A stretch of DNA of 64,000 nt from Clostridiaceae bacterium (GTDB lineage: Bacteria > Bacillota > Clostridia > Peptostreptococcales > T1SED10-28), in NCBI GenBank assembly GCA_003553525.1, contig PWEO01000127.1:872-64871 (forward strand). Reading direction: 5' to 3'. The notes under the pieces were generated by a model, which was not told where the DNA came from, searched no databases, and saw only the letters and a program-made list of their open reading frames with translations. Below, one piece after another: positions 36,727 to 46,492 of this stretch. Positions within the stretch are counted from its first letter, which is position 1, and each line of letters starts with the position of its first letter. Both the position numbers and the translations under genes were made by a program.

Positions 36727-39445
36727 GTTGATTCTCCTCAGCCATTTTATTTAATTGACTTTGCAAGTTGTATAGATAGTTTAGCGCATCTAACGGTGTA
36801 GTTTCCACTAGATTTACGGATTTAACATCATCCAGCAGTTGTCTTTCATAATACGCTTGAAAATCCAATTGTCTTTGTTCTTTCCCACTGTCATTTTTCT
36901 GAACTTTGGTAATTCCTGGTTTTTCTTCTGATTTTTCATTAATTTGCAATGCTTTTTTTTCTTCGTTATAGTGCTTTTGATCTTCATTTTTTGAAATCTG
37001 TGGCGTTTTTTTATTATTCTCCAAGGAATGTAAAATACCATTAGCATTATTAATAACCTTTACCGGCAGGCCGGCGAGTTTAGCTACTTGTATTCCGTAG
37101 CTCTTATCTGCATTTCCCTTTAAGACTTTACGAAGAAATATGATATCATCTCCTTCTTCCTTAACGGTAAATTGGTAGTTTTGGACATTATCCAAGTCGT
37201 TTCCTAAGTCTGTAAGCTCATGGTAATGGGTTGAAAACAAGGTTTTAGCTTTTAGGTTATTGCTTATTTCCTCTACAATTGCCCAGGCGATACTGAGTCC
37301 ATCAAAAGTACTAGTGCCTCTTCCGATCTCATCAAGAATTAATAAGCTCTTTTCTGTTGCATTATTTAAAATATGGGCCATTTCAGTCATTTCCACCATA
37401 AAAGTACTTTTCCCTTGAGAGAGATCGTCACTTGCTCCCACCCGGGTGAAAATTCGGTCAACTATCCCGAGGCTTGCATTTTTCGCCGGAACGAAGCTTC
37501 CAATTTGAGCCATTAAGGAAATCAGAGCCACTTGACGCATATAAGTGGATTTCCCCGCCATATTCGGACCGGTAATGATGGATATAGCCTCCAGGTCATT
37601 ATTTAGAAAAGTATCATTTGGGATAAAGCTCTCTTCAACTAACATTCTTTCTACCACCGGATGACGGCCTTCTTCAATCCTGATTAATTCTTCCTGAGTC
37701 ACTGCAGGTTTATTGTAATCATTCTCATAAGCCACCCGGGCAAAGGAGTTCAATGCATCGATTCCTGCGATTACTTTTGCGGTCTTTTGGATCCGAAGAG
37801 CGTGTTCTTTGATTCTATCACGAATTTGTAAGAAAAGTTGATGTTCCAGTGCAACAATTTTTTCTTCCGCTCCAAGAATTTTGGATTCCATTTCCTTTAA
37901 CTCCGGCGTAATGTATCGCTCACTATTTGCTAGTGTTTGTTTTCGGATGTAATCCTCCGGGACTAAAGACAAGTTTGAGCGGGTTACATCAATAAAATAG
38001 CCGAAAATCCGATTATATTTAACCTTTAAAGATTTGATTCCGGTTCGTTTCTTTTCCTGCTCCTCAAGTTTGGTCATCCAATGATGCCCTTCGGTGGAGA
38101 GCTCACGAAGTTCTTTGACTTTGGTATCAAAGGTTGGTTTAATGATGTTTCCGTCTTTAAGTCCGATCGAAGGGTCCTCCAAAATACTATTATCAATCAG
38201 TTCATGGATATCCGTCAAAAGATCCAAGTCTTCTAATAGTTCTAACAGTAAAGGATCGTTACTGTTTATTAGAATTTCTTTGATTACAGGCAGATAAGTA
38301 ATAGAATTTTTAAGAGCAATTAAATCCCTGGGATTTGCACTGTCATAACCAATTTTAGAAGTCAGACGTTCTAAATCATAAATATGCTTTAGGGCTTCTA
38401 TGAGTTCTTCTCGAGACAGCAAAGCTTCCTTGAAAAACCCTACGGTATTAAGCCGTTTGTTAATCCCTTCCTGGTCGAGCAACGGTTCTTCAATCCACTT
38501 TCGGAGCATTCGCCCTCCCATGGCTGTTATTGTTTTGTCCAAGACCCAAAGGAGGCTACCTTTTTTCCCTTTATGCTGCATGGATTGGGTCAATTCTAGA
38601 TTTCTACGGGTATTGGAATCTAAAAGCATGGTATCTTGATGTCCATAAAAGTCGATATGATTAATATGTTCTAAACTTCTTTTTTGTGTCCGTTGCAGAT
38701 AATCAATTAAAATCCCCGATGCCATGGTTTCTAATCGGTTATCAATTAGTCCTAGGCTTTCAATGTTTTCCACTTGAAAGTGAGTTTTCAATTGTTTTTC
38801 TATCCCTTGGAGATCCAGATTCCATTCATCGATGGCCTCTGCATGAATATTTAAACCTTTAATAAATGCTAGAAGATTCTTTCCATAGGTTTCTTTTCCA
38901 TAAAAAGAGTAAATAATCTCCTTCGGAGCAATTTTACCGATCTCATCTTTAATGGATTGCAAAGTTTTATTATCCTTTGTGGGATAGTGGGTAGAATAGA
39001 ACTCACCGGTAGAAATATCTGTATAAGACAGTCCAAATCCATTTTTATTGCTGTATATTGAGAGTAAATAGTTGTTTTCTTTTTCTTCTAATAAGTTGGT
39101 ATCGATTAAGGTTCCAGGGGTAATCACCCGAACCACATCCCGCTTTACTATACCTTTCGCCTCGGAGGGATCTTCCATTTGTTCGCAAATAGCGATCTTG
39201 TACCCTTTTTCCACAAGCCGGTCTAAGTAATTGCTTACGGAATGATGAGGAACCCCGCACATAGCGGCCTTTTCTTCTTGTCCGCAGTCCCTTGCGGTTA
39301 AGGTGATTTCTAATTCCCTGGCAGCGGTTTTTGCGTCTTCAAAAAAAAGTTCGTAAAAATCTCCTAATCTAAAAAAGAGAAGAGAATCAGGATACTGTTT
39401 TTTTAAATCAAGGTACTGTTTCATCATTGGTGTAAGTTTCTTCAT
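36698..39445 (-). CDS. mutS: DNA mismatch repair protein MutS
   Basis: 915 aa with Walker A GPNMAGKST, plus DEIGRGTST and THYHEL. It has a Lys/Glu-rich C-terminal linker and overlaps the mutL start by 29 nt. Confidence 0.97.
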   Translation of the reverse strand: MKKLTPMMKQYLDLKKQYPDSLLFFRLGDFYELFFEDAKTAARELEITLTARDCGQEEKAAMCGVPHHSVSNYLDRLVEKGYKIAICEQMEDPSEAKGIVKRDVVRVITPGTLIDTNLLEEKENNYLLSIYSNKNGFGLSYTDISTGEFYSTHYPTKDNKTLQSIKDEIGKIAPKEIIYSFYGKETYGKNLLAFIKGLNIHAEAIDEWNLDLQGIEKQLKTHFQVENIESLGLIDNRLETMASGILIDYLQRTQKRSLEHINHIDFYGHQDTMLLDSNTRRNLELTQSMQHKGKKGSLLWVLDKTITAMGGRMLRKWIEEPLLDQEGINKRLNTVGFFKEALLSREELIEALKHIYDLERLTSKIGYDSANPRDLIALKNSITYLPVIKEILINSNDPLLLELLEDLDLLTDIHELIDNSILEDPSIGLKDGNIIKPTFDTKVKELRELSTEGHHWMTKLEEQEKKRTGIKSLKVKYNRIFGYFIDVTRSNLSLVPEDYIRKQTLANSERYITPELKEMESKILGAEEKIVALEHQLFLQIRDRIKEHALRIQKTAKVIAGIDALNSFARVAYENDYNKPAVTQEELIRIEEGRHPVVERMLVEESFIPNDTFLNNDLEAISIITGPNMAGKSTYMRQVALISLMAQIGSFVPAKNASLGIVDRIFTRVGASDDLSQGKSTFMVEMTEMAHILNNATEKSLLILDEIGRGTSTFDGLSIAWAIVEEISNNLKAKTLFSTHYHELTDLGNDLDNVQNYQFTVKEEGDDIIFLRKVLKGNADKSYGIQVAKLAGLPVKVINNANGILHSLENNKKTPQISKNEDQKHYNEEKKALQINEKSEEKPGITKVQKNDSGKEQRQLDFQAYYERQLLDDVKSVNLVETTPLDALNYLYNLQSQLNKMAEENQHGKKSKNAR

Positions 39446-39515
39446 AACCTGGAGCCTCCTTACTGTTACTTTTTACTAAACTCTTAAATAGGATATGACA
39501 ATGTTATAAGCAGGG

Positions 39516-40934
39516 CTAAACGATTATGCCGTCGAAGGAATAAGTCTTGGCTGCAGTAATTTTCACCGTCACGATTTCTCCAATAATCTTTTCATCTCCA
39601 GGAAAATTCACAGTTTTACTGGTTTCTGTACGTCCGGTTAAAATTTTATCGTTTTTCTTACTAGTCCCTTCTACTAGGACAGAGATTTCCTGGTCTAAAT
39701 ATTTTTGATTGTTTTCATAAGCGATTTGATCAATCAATTTTTTCAATGTCTGGAAACGAGTTTTTTTATCTTCTTCCGGTACCTGACCGATTTTTGTTGC
39801 CGCAGGAGTACCTTCCCGAATAGAATAAAGAAACGTAAAGGCGGAATCAAATTCTGCCAATCTCGCAATTGTTAAGGTCTCTTCAAAGTCTTCCTGGGTC
39901 TCATTAGGGAAACCAATTATAATATCCGTCGTTATAGCAACACCCGGAATTTTCTCCCGGATTTTTCGAACAATAGTTAAATAGTCTTCCTGAGTATATT
40001 TGCGATTCATCTCTTTTAATACTTTATTACTACCCGCCTGTAAAGGTAAGTGTATATGATTGCAAATTTTTTTGTGTGTTGCCATGGTATCAATTAACTT
40101 ATCGGATAAATCTTTAGGATGGGAAGTCATAAATCGAATGCGTTCTATCCCCGGGATCTTTACAACCTGCTCTAGCAAATCAGAAAAGTCCACGTCATTT
40201 ACTAAGGTATTACCATAAGAATTAACATTTTGGCCAAGAAGCATCACTTCTTTGCTCCCATTGGATACCAGGTCTTCGATCTCTTCTAGGACATCCTTTA
40301 CTTCCCGACTTCTTTCGCGTCCTCTTGTATATGGAACAATACAATAAGAGCAAAAATTATTACAACCATACATGATATTGACGAAGGACTTGATACCATA
40401 CCTACGATTAACGGGAAGTCCTTCTATTATTTCCCCTTCCTGGCTCCACACATCTACAATTGCTTCTTTATGATTCAATGTTTTCTCCAGTAGATAAGGG
40501 AAGTTATGAAGATTATGTGTGCCGAAAATCAGATCCACATGGGGATAGGTTTTTTGAATGTATTTCACCACATGATCCTGCTGCATCATACAACCGCATA
40601 CTGCGATGATTAAATCCTCATGTTTCTTCTTTAAATGCTTAAGGGCACCGAGTTTACCATAAACTTTCAGTTCCGCATTTTCTCTAACGCAACAGGTATT
40701 AAAAATGATTAAATCCGAACTTTCTCGGGAATCAGTTTTGTTATAACCCATTTGTGTTAAAAATCCTTCCAGTTTTTCAGAGTCGTGTTCATTCATTTGG
40801 CAACCGTAGGTTTCAATTATATATTTTCGTTCAACACCGGTCTCAATCTCATGAAAACGATTACTTTCTTTTAAGGTATTGATAATTTCATTTATATTTG
40901 AAATGGTTGGTTCTTTTGTTGTCGGTCTTTTCAA
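39516..40934 (-). CDS. miaB: tRNA-2-methylthio-N6-dimethylallyladenosine synthase
   Basis: 472 aa with the radical-SAM motif CNNFCSYC, a UPF0004 N-domain and a TRAM C-domain. TTG start 7 nt after AAGGAGG. Confidence 0.94.
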   Translation of the reverse strand: MKRPTTKEPTISNINEIINTLKESNRFHEIETGVERKYIIETYGCQMNEHDSEKLEGFLTQMGYNKTDSRESSDLIIFNTCCVRENAELKVYGKLGALKHLKKKHEDLIIAVCGCMMQQDHVVKYIQKTYPHVDLIFGTHNLHNFPYLLEKTLNHKEAIVDVWSQEGEIIEGLPVNRRYGIKSFVNIMYGCNNFCSYCIVPYTRGRERSREVKDVLEEIEDLVSNGSKEVMLLGQNVNSYGNTLVNDVDFSDLLEQVVKIPGIERIRFMTSHPKDLSDKLIDTMATHKKICNHIHLPLQAGSNKVLKEMNRKYTQEDYLTIVRKIREKIPGVAITTDIIIGFPNETQEDFEETLTIARLAEFDSAFTFLYSIREGTPAATKIGQVPEEDKKTRFQTLKKLIDQIAYENNQKYLDQEISVLVEGTSKKNDKILTGRTETSKTVNFPGDEKIIGEIVTVKITAAKTYSFDGIIV

Positions 40935-41207
40935 TTAAAATCCTCCTTAGAATCTCTTTTTCTTGTTAATTTCATCTAACAATTATAACATAAATACCTT
41001 GGAAAATCATGAAAGGTTTTATAGTTTTCCAAGGGCTGAGCATTTATGCTCTTCTGTGCTATCAAAGATTTTAATTATCAGAAATGAGGTTTTTAAATTA
41101 AAATTCTTGTATTAAATCAAGTACTATTATACTAGGATTTTTATTCTAATCATGTTATGATAGAATTGTTAGGTTTAAGAATTAACAAATTACTGGGAGG
41201 GATGAAA

Positions 41208-42404
41208 ATGCAGTTATCATCAAGAATAACGTCTATGCAAGAATCACCGATTCGTAAATTAGTACCCTATGCCACTAAAGCGAAGGCTGCGGGAAAAAAT
41301 GTTTTTCATTTGAATATTGGGCAGCCGGATATTGAAACACCAAAATCCTTTATGGAATCCATTCGAAATTTTGATCAAAAGGTAATTGCCTATAGTTTTT
41401 CTGAGGGCATGCCGGAGTTGATTGAAGCCATGATTGAATACTATAAAAAATATGATATGCACTATGAAAAAGACGAAATCATCATTACAAATGGTGGCTC
41501 CGAAGCTCTATTATTTTCAGTAATAGCAACAATGGATCAAGGAGATGAGGTATTAGTTCCTGAACCCTTCTATACCAATTACAATGGTTTCACTTCAGCA
41601 GTGGACGTCAAGGTAGCACCCATTACTACAAAGGCAGAAGATGGATTTCACTTGCCAAATCGTGAAGCTGTGGAGGAACTAATTAAACCGAAGACTAAGG
41701 CAATTATGCTTTCTAACCCCGGAAACCCTACAGGGGTTGTATATACCAAAGATGAAGTTGAAATGTTAGCCGGACTAGCAAAAGAATATAACCTTTTTAT
41801 CATTGCTGATGAGGTTTACCGTGAGTTTGTTTACGATGGTTTAGAGTTTACAAGCTTTGGAAATATGAAAGATATTCAAGATCGCGTTATCATAGTAGAT
41901 AGTGTTTCTAAACGCTATAGTGCTTGTGGCGCAAGAATTGGATCCGTAGCTTCAAAGAACAAAGAGTTAATTGCACAAATTTTAAAATTAGCCCAAGGAA
42001 GACTTTGTGTCCCAACCTTAGAACAAGTTGGCGCAACCGCACTTTATAAAACAGAACAGTCTTACTTTAAAAGTGTAAACGAAGAGTACGACCGTAGAAG
42101 AAATATCATGATGGATGCACTGGATAATATGCCCGGCGTATTCTGCAAAAAGCCCACCGGTGCTTTTTATATCAATGCAAAACTTCCGGTAGACGATGCA
42201 GAGAAATTTGTGGCCTGGTTGTTAACGGACTTTGACCTGGATGGAGATACAGTAATGATGGCACCTGCTGAAGGGTTCTATTCTACCCCCGGCTTAGGTA
42301 AAGACGAGGTTAGAATAGCTTATGTGCTAAAGGAAGATGATTTGAAACGAGCAATGAAAGTTTTAAAAACAGCTTTAGAACAGTATCCCGGAAAAACTGT
42401 TTAA
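41208..42404 (+). CDS. class I/II pyridoxal-phosphate aminotransferase
   Basis: N-terminal ...MQESPIRKL, NPGNPTG and PLP-lysine context SVSKRYSACGARIG. ATG 41208 is best spaced from GGGAGGG. This is the only + strand gene in the right half. Confidence 0.88.
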   Translation: MQLSSRITSMQESPIRKLVPYATKAKAAGKNVFHLNIGQPDIETPKSFMESIRNFDQKVIAYSFSEGMPELIEAMIEYYKKYDMHYEKDEIIITNGGSEALLFSVIATMDQGDEVLVPEPFYTNYNGFTSAVDVKVAPITTKAEDGFHLPNREAVEELIKPKTKAIMLSNPGNPTGVVYTKDEVEMLAGLAKEYNLFIIADEVYREFVYDGLEFTSFGNMKDIQDRVIIVDSVSKRYSACGARIGSVASKNKELIAQILKLAQGRLCVPTLEQVGATALYKTEQSYFKSVNEEYDRRRNIMMDALDNMPGVFCKKPTGAFYINAKLPVDDAEKFVAWLLTDFDLDGDTVMMAPAEGFYSTPGLGKDEVRIAYVLKEDDLKRAMKVLKTALEQYPGKTV

Positions 42405-42463
42405 GTTTTAATGAAAAGTTTAAAAGATTAAGTTGAATATGCAACTTTTATTAATAAAATGAT

Positions 42464-42510
42464 AAAAAACGCTTTTTACCAAAGTACTGTGTGGTAAAAA
42501 GCGTTTTTTA
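42464..42510. terminator. bidirectional rho-independent terminator
   Basis: A 17-bp perfect stem, AAAAAACGCTTTTTACC / GGTAAAAAGCGTTTTTT, lying between convergent genes. Confidence 0.78.
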
Positions 42511-42548
42511 TATTTATAAGATTTCATAGAAGGTTACAGGACAATGTA

Positions 42549-43550
42549 CTAAAAATCAAACTCTTTAGTTAATAACTTAGTACTGTAATTAATAGCCCCT
42601 AGGACATCCTTATTGGAAACCATTTCACAGGTACTATGAATGTACCGTGTGGGGATGGATATCACACTGGAAGGAACCCCTTCCTTTGACAAATGAATCG
42701 CACCTGAATCTGTTCCTCCGAATTCAAGCACCTCTATTTGATAGGTTGCATTCTGGTTTTTAGCCTCTTTAACAAGATGATTCTTTAAACCGGGATGGCT
42801 AATCATTGAATTATCCTTTGCTTTAATAGCAAAACCCTCACCCATTTTCAGGGACATGGTTCGAGCTTTAGGAGTATCTCCAGTCATTGTTACATCATAA
42901 GCAATGCCGATATCCGGTTCTACACGATAGGCAGAAGTTCTCGCTCCTCTTAAACCAAGTTCTTCTTGAACAGTAAATACAAAATACAGATCATTTGGAG
43001 ATTCCTTCAAGTTCTTAATTGTTTCCATCATGATATAACATCCGATGCGATCATCAAGACTCGGAGAAATTACTTTTAGATCGTCGATAATTGGAGGATT
43101 GTGATATCCGCAAACATCTCCTATGCTTATGATTTTCTCTGCTTCTTCCTTGGAACTTGCACCAATATCAATATACATTTTATCGAGTTTAAGATCTTTC
43201 ACACTTTCTAAATGCTCACTACCAATGACACCGATGGTTCCATTTTCAAAGACTACACGTTGAGAAAGAGAAATTGTCGGTGAAACACCTCCAATATTGG
43301 TAAAGCGTAAAAATCCTTCTTTATCAATATAGGTAACCATTAGCCCTATTTGATCCATGTGTCCGGCTAACATTATTTTTTTCCCTATACCTTTTTTACG
43401 AGCAATTAAATTTCCTAAAGCGTCAATCTGAACTTCATCTACATGTTCTTCAATCTCTGATTTAATAAACTCCCGCACCGCCCCTTCGTTACCGGAAGGA
43501 CCAAAAGTAGAGAGTAATGTATTAAGGGTTTTCACATCTAGCTTATTCAT
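42549..43550 (-). CDS. M42 family metallopeptidase (glutamyl aminopeptidase / TET / FrvX-like), paralogue 3
   Basis: 333 aa with the HMDQIG metal ligand, catalytic TVQEELGLRGA and DDRIG. Confidence 0.88.
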   Translation of the reverse strand: MNKLDVKTLNTLLSTFGPSGNEGAVREFIKSEIEEHVDEVQIDALGNLIARKKGIGKKIMLAGHMDQIGLMVTYIDKEGFLRFTNIGGVSPTISLSQRVVFENGTIGVIGSEHLESVKDLKLDKMYIDIGASSKEEAEKIISIGDVCGYHNPPIIDDLKVISPSLDDRIGCYIMMETIKNLKESPNDLYFVFTVQEELGLRGARTSAYRVEPDIGIAYDVTMTGDTPKARTMSLKMGEGFAIKAKDNSMISHPGLKNHLVKEAKNQNATYQIEVLEFGGTDSGAIHLSKEGVPSSVISIPTRYIHSTCEMVSNKDVLGAINYSTKLLTKEFDF

Positions 43551-44569
43551 TATAATACGCCTCCTTTAGAAAGATCTTCAATAAATAGTGTTAATAATTT
43601 TTTCATTCCCTCAAAATCTCTTTCATCCATTACAGAGACAGGTGAGTGAATATAGCGACAAGGTGTAGCTACTGATAAGCAGGGGGTCCCTCCTTTACTA
43701 TGTTGAAATCTTCCGGCATCATTACCTCCAAAGGAATTTCGTCGATATTGCCAGGGGATTTTATGATAATCAGCAACTGCGGTAAGCTTATCAACCAGAG
43801 ACCGTTGATATATTGAGGTCCTGTCCATTAAAGATATTGCCGGACCTTTACCAAGTTCTGTGGTTTGAAGATGAGGTTCTACCTCTGTTAAATCACCACA
43901 AGTAGTACCTTCCAATACTAATATTAAATCCGCATCCAGGTTATTTGCTGCAACCTGTGATCCCCGAAGCCCTAATTCTTCCTGAACGGTAAAAATTCCT
44001 GTTATTTCTATGGGTAAGTTCATTTTAATAAGTTCCATGACCATAAAGCATCCTACTCGATTATCTAATGCTTTGGCTTTTACTTTATGGTTTCCGAAAG
44101 GTTCAAAGGGGCTGATAAAGTTAATATAGTCTCCAGGGGATACATACTTTTCTGTTTCTTCTTTTGATTCGGTTCCAATGTCAATATAAAGCTGGTCTAT
44201 TGTGAAAGCCTTTTTTCTTTCCTCAGATTTTTGCATGTGTATTGGCTTTGCTCCGATCACTCCAGGAATATCTTCATCACCTATCTCTATCACTTTTGAT
44301 ACTAAAACTCTCGGGTCCAGTCCTCCTACATTGGTAAATCTTATTAACCCCGAATCATCAATCCCTTTAACCATTAACCCCACCTCATCCATATGAGCGG
44401 TTATACCTATATGAATATCGGAGTTCACACCATTCGTTACAATGAGATTTCCCAAACGGTCAATCGTAGTGTTTTTACCTGCAGTTTCCAGGTCTTTTTT
44501 TATAAAATCTCGGACTGCTTTTTCATTTCCCGCGACACCTTTTAACTCACACAAATTTTTTAGTAACAT
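43550..44569 (-). CDS. M42 family metallopeptidase, paralogue 2
   Basis: 339 aa with HMDEVG, TVQEELGLRGS and DNRVG. The stop abuts the start of the next paralogue. Confidence 0.88.
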   Translation of the reverse strand: MLLKNLCELKGVAGNEKAVRDFIKKDLETAGKNTTIDRLGNLIVTNGVNSDIHIGITAHMDEVGLMVKGIDDSGLIRFTNVGGLDPRVLVSKVIEIGDEDIPGVIGAKPIHMQKSEERKKAFTIDQLYIDIGTESKEETEKYVSPGDYINFISPFEPFGNHKVKAKALDNRVGCFMVMELIKMNLPIEITGIFTVQEELGLRGSQVAANNLDADLILVLEGTTCGDLTEVEPHLQTTELGKGPAISLMDRTSIYQRSLVDKLTAVADYHKIPWQYRRNSFGGNDAGRFQHSKGGTPCLSVATPCRYIHSPVSVMDERDFEGMKKLLTLFIEDLSKGGVL

Positions 44570-45612
44570 AAGAAGTCCTCCATTTCCTTAGAATTAAAAT
44601 ACATCACGAAATGAGACAAAAGTTGACCAGTTGTTTCGATGTCCCGCCAGTCTAGGGTCTCAACAGAAGTGTGCATGTATCTTAGTGGAATAGAGAGTAC
44701 TCCGGTTGCCACTCCGGAACCAGTGATTTGCATAGGCCAGGCATCAGTACCGGTTGGTCCCGCTGCGACTTCAATTTGGTAATTGATATGATTTTTTTTT
44801 GCAGTTTCCTTTAGAGCCTTGAAAACATTAGGGTGAGCGTTTGCCCCTACCAAAATCCCGGGACCCTTAGATAATATCAAGGTATCATGTGTATTTAACT
44901 CCGGTGTTTTTCCAAAACCTACATCCACGGCAAGTCCAACATCCGGATTAACTCCATAAGTTGAAGTGATTGCCCCTCTGGTCCCTACCTCTTCTTGTAC
45001 GGTTAAAACAAAATATACATCCACATCATGGATTTGACTATGTAGATTTTTAATCCCTTCATATAAAGAGGCCACACCAGCCCGATCGTCTAAAGCCTTT
45101 CCTGTGATTCGATTGTTTTTTAAGGACCTCATATTTCGATTAATTGTTACAATATCACCGACGGATACAAGTTCCTCCAACTCTTTTTTTGAATAGCCTA
45201 CATCGATTAATAGGTTTTCCAATTTGATTGATTCCTCTTGCTTTCCTCCGGTAATATGAGGAGGCAGCATACCGATTACTCCAAAAAGATTTTCACTTCC
45301 ATGAACGGTTACTTCCTGACAGGGTAAAACTCTTTGATCAAAGCCTCCAATACCTGTCATGTGAAGATATCCGTTTTCATCAATTTTTTTTACCATCAGA
45401 CCAATTTCATCTAAATGAGCTGCAAGCATAATTTTCCCCGACGATTTTCTCCCCTTTTTCAAAACAATGATGTTTCCTAAGGGATCGATTGTAATTGAAT
45501 CAGCATAAGGTTCAAAAAATTCTTTCACTATGTTAACTAAATTGTCTTCATGTCCGGAAACTCCGGAAGTCTGTATCAGTTTTTCAAGAAATATTTTACT
45601 GTCCATAAGCAC
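44560..45612 (-). CDS. M42 family metallopeptidase, paralogue 1
   Basis: 350 aa with HLDEIG, TVQEEVGTRGA and DDRAG. It overlaps paralogue 2 by 10 nt. Confidence 0.88.
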   Translation of the reverse strand: MLMDSKIFLEKLIQTSGVSGHEDNLVNIVKEFFEPYADSITIDPLGNIIVLKKGRKSSGKIMLAAHLDEIGLMVKKIDENGYLHMTGIGGFDQRVLPCQEVTVHGSENLFGVIGMLPPHITGGKQEESIKLENLLIDVGYSKKELEELVSVGDIVTINRNMRSLKNNRITGKALDDRAGVASLYEGIKNLHSQIHDVDVYFVLTVQEEVGTRGAITSTYGVNPDVGLAVDVGFGKTPELNTHDTLILSKGPGILVGANAHPNVFKALKETAKKNHINYQIEVAAGPTGTDAWPMQITGSGVATGVLSIPLRYMHTSVETLDWRDIETTGQLLSHFVMYFNSKEMEDFLCY

Positions 45613-45656
45613 CCACCTTTGTTTTATAATAATAAAGTATTTTTTTTAAAAACCTT

Positions 45657-46433
45657 TTAAATCGCAAGTTTTTTATAAAAAAAAGTTTTTACAGGAGTCA
45701 GTTTATAACGATTAGGTAAAATAATCTGTTCGGTTCCACCTACAAAAAGAATACCATGAGGTTTTAACGCATCATGAAATTTGTGATACATTTCACTTTT
45801 GGTTTCTTCTGTAAAATAGATCATAACATTTCTACAAATGATTAAATCACAACTGGAAGGATAAGCATCTTCTAACAGATTCATAGGCTTAAAAGTAACT
45901 CTGGATTTTATGGACTCTAAAATCTGATAATTTGATCCTTGGGCTTTAAAAAAGTCTTGTACAAATTTCTGTGGTAAATTATTTAGACTTTTTTTTGTAT
46001 AGAGTCCAGTTTTCGCTCTCTCGATTGCCATTTTATCAATATCTGTAGCAACAATATTAACTTGATTCAAAGGCAAAAATTTACTCATTAACATCACTAG
46101 GGAATAAGGTTCTTCCCCAGTGGAGCATGCGGCACTCCAGACTTTTAATGTTTTGTTTTTTTGAAGAAGAGATGGAAAAACTTCTTTTTCTAACACATCC
46201 CATTGAGCCGGATTGCGATAAAACTCTGAAACATTAATCGTTAAATAATTGATGAATTCTTCGTAACGTTCCTTATTTTTTTCAAGGCTACGGTAATACT
46301 CATCAAAGGAATTAAAGTCGTTTCTTTTCATTAAAGATTCTATACGTCTTTTCATTTGACGTTCTTTATAACTGGACAAATTAATACCAGTCAGTTGATA
46401 AATTTTTGATTTGAAACTTTCGTAAGTACTCAT
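45657..46433 (-). CDS. cheR: CheR-type protein-glutamate O-methyltransferase
   Basis: 258 aa with a CheR N-terminal helical domain plus a SAM-binding domain carrying the AACSTGEEPYS signature. Confidence 0.85.
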   Translation of the reverse strand: MSTYESFKSKIYQLTGINLSSYKERQMKRRIESLMKRNDFNSFDEYYRSLEKNKERYEEFINYLTINVSEFYRNPAQWDVLEKEVFPSLLQKNKTLKVWSAACSTGEEPYSLVMLMSKFLPLNQVNIVATDIDKMAIERAKTGLYTKKSLNNLPQKFVQDFFKAQGSNYQILESIKSRVTFKPMNLLEDAYPSSCDLIICRNVMIYFTEETKSEMYHKFHDALKPHGILFVGGTEQIILPNRYKLTPVKTFFYKKLAI

Positions 46434-46463
46434 TCGCTCTCTCCACTTCTAAAGTTTAATTCT

Positions 46464-46492
46464 GTAAAAAACAAAGAGTCATTACGACTCTT
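46464..46492 (-). terminator. rho-independent terminator overlapping the rpsA stop codon
   Basis: On the minus strand, AAGAGTC-gtaat-GACTCTT followed by TGTTTTTT. The stop codon lies in the loop. Confidence 0.6.
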
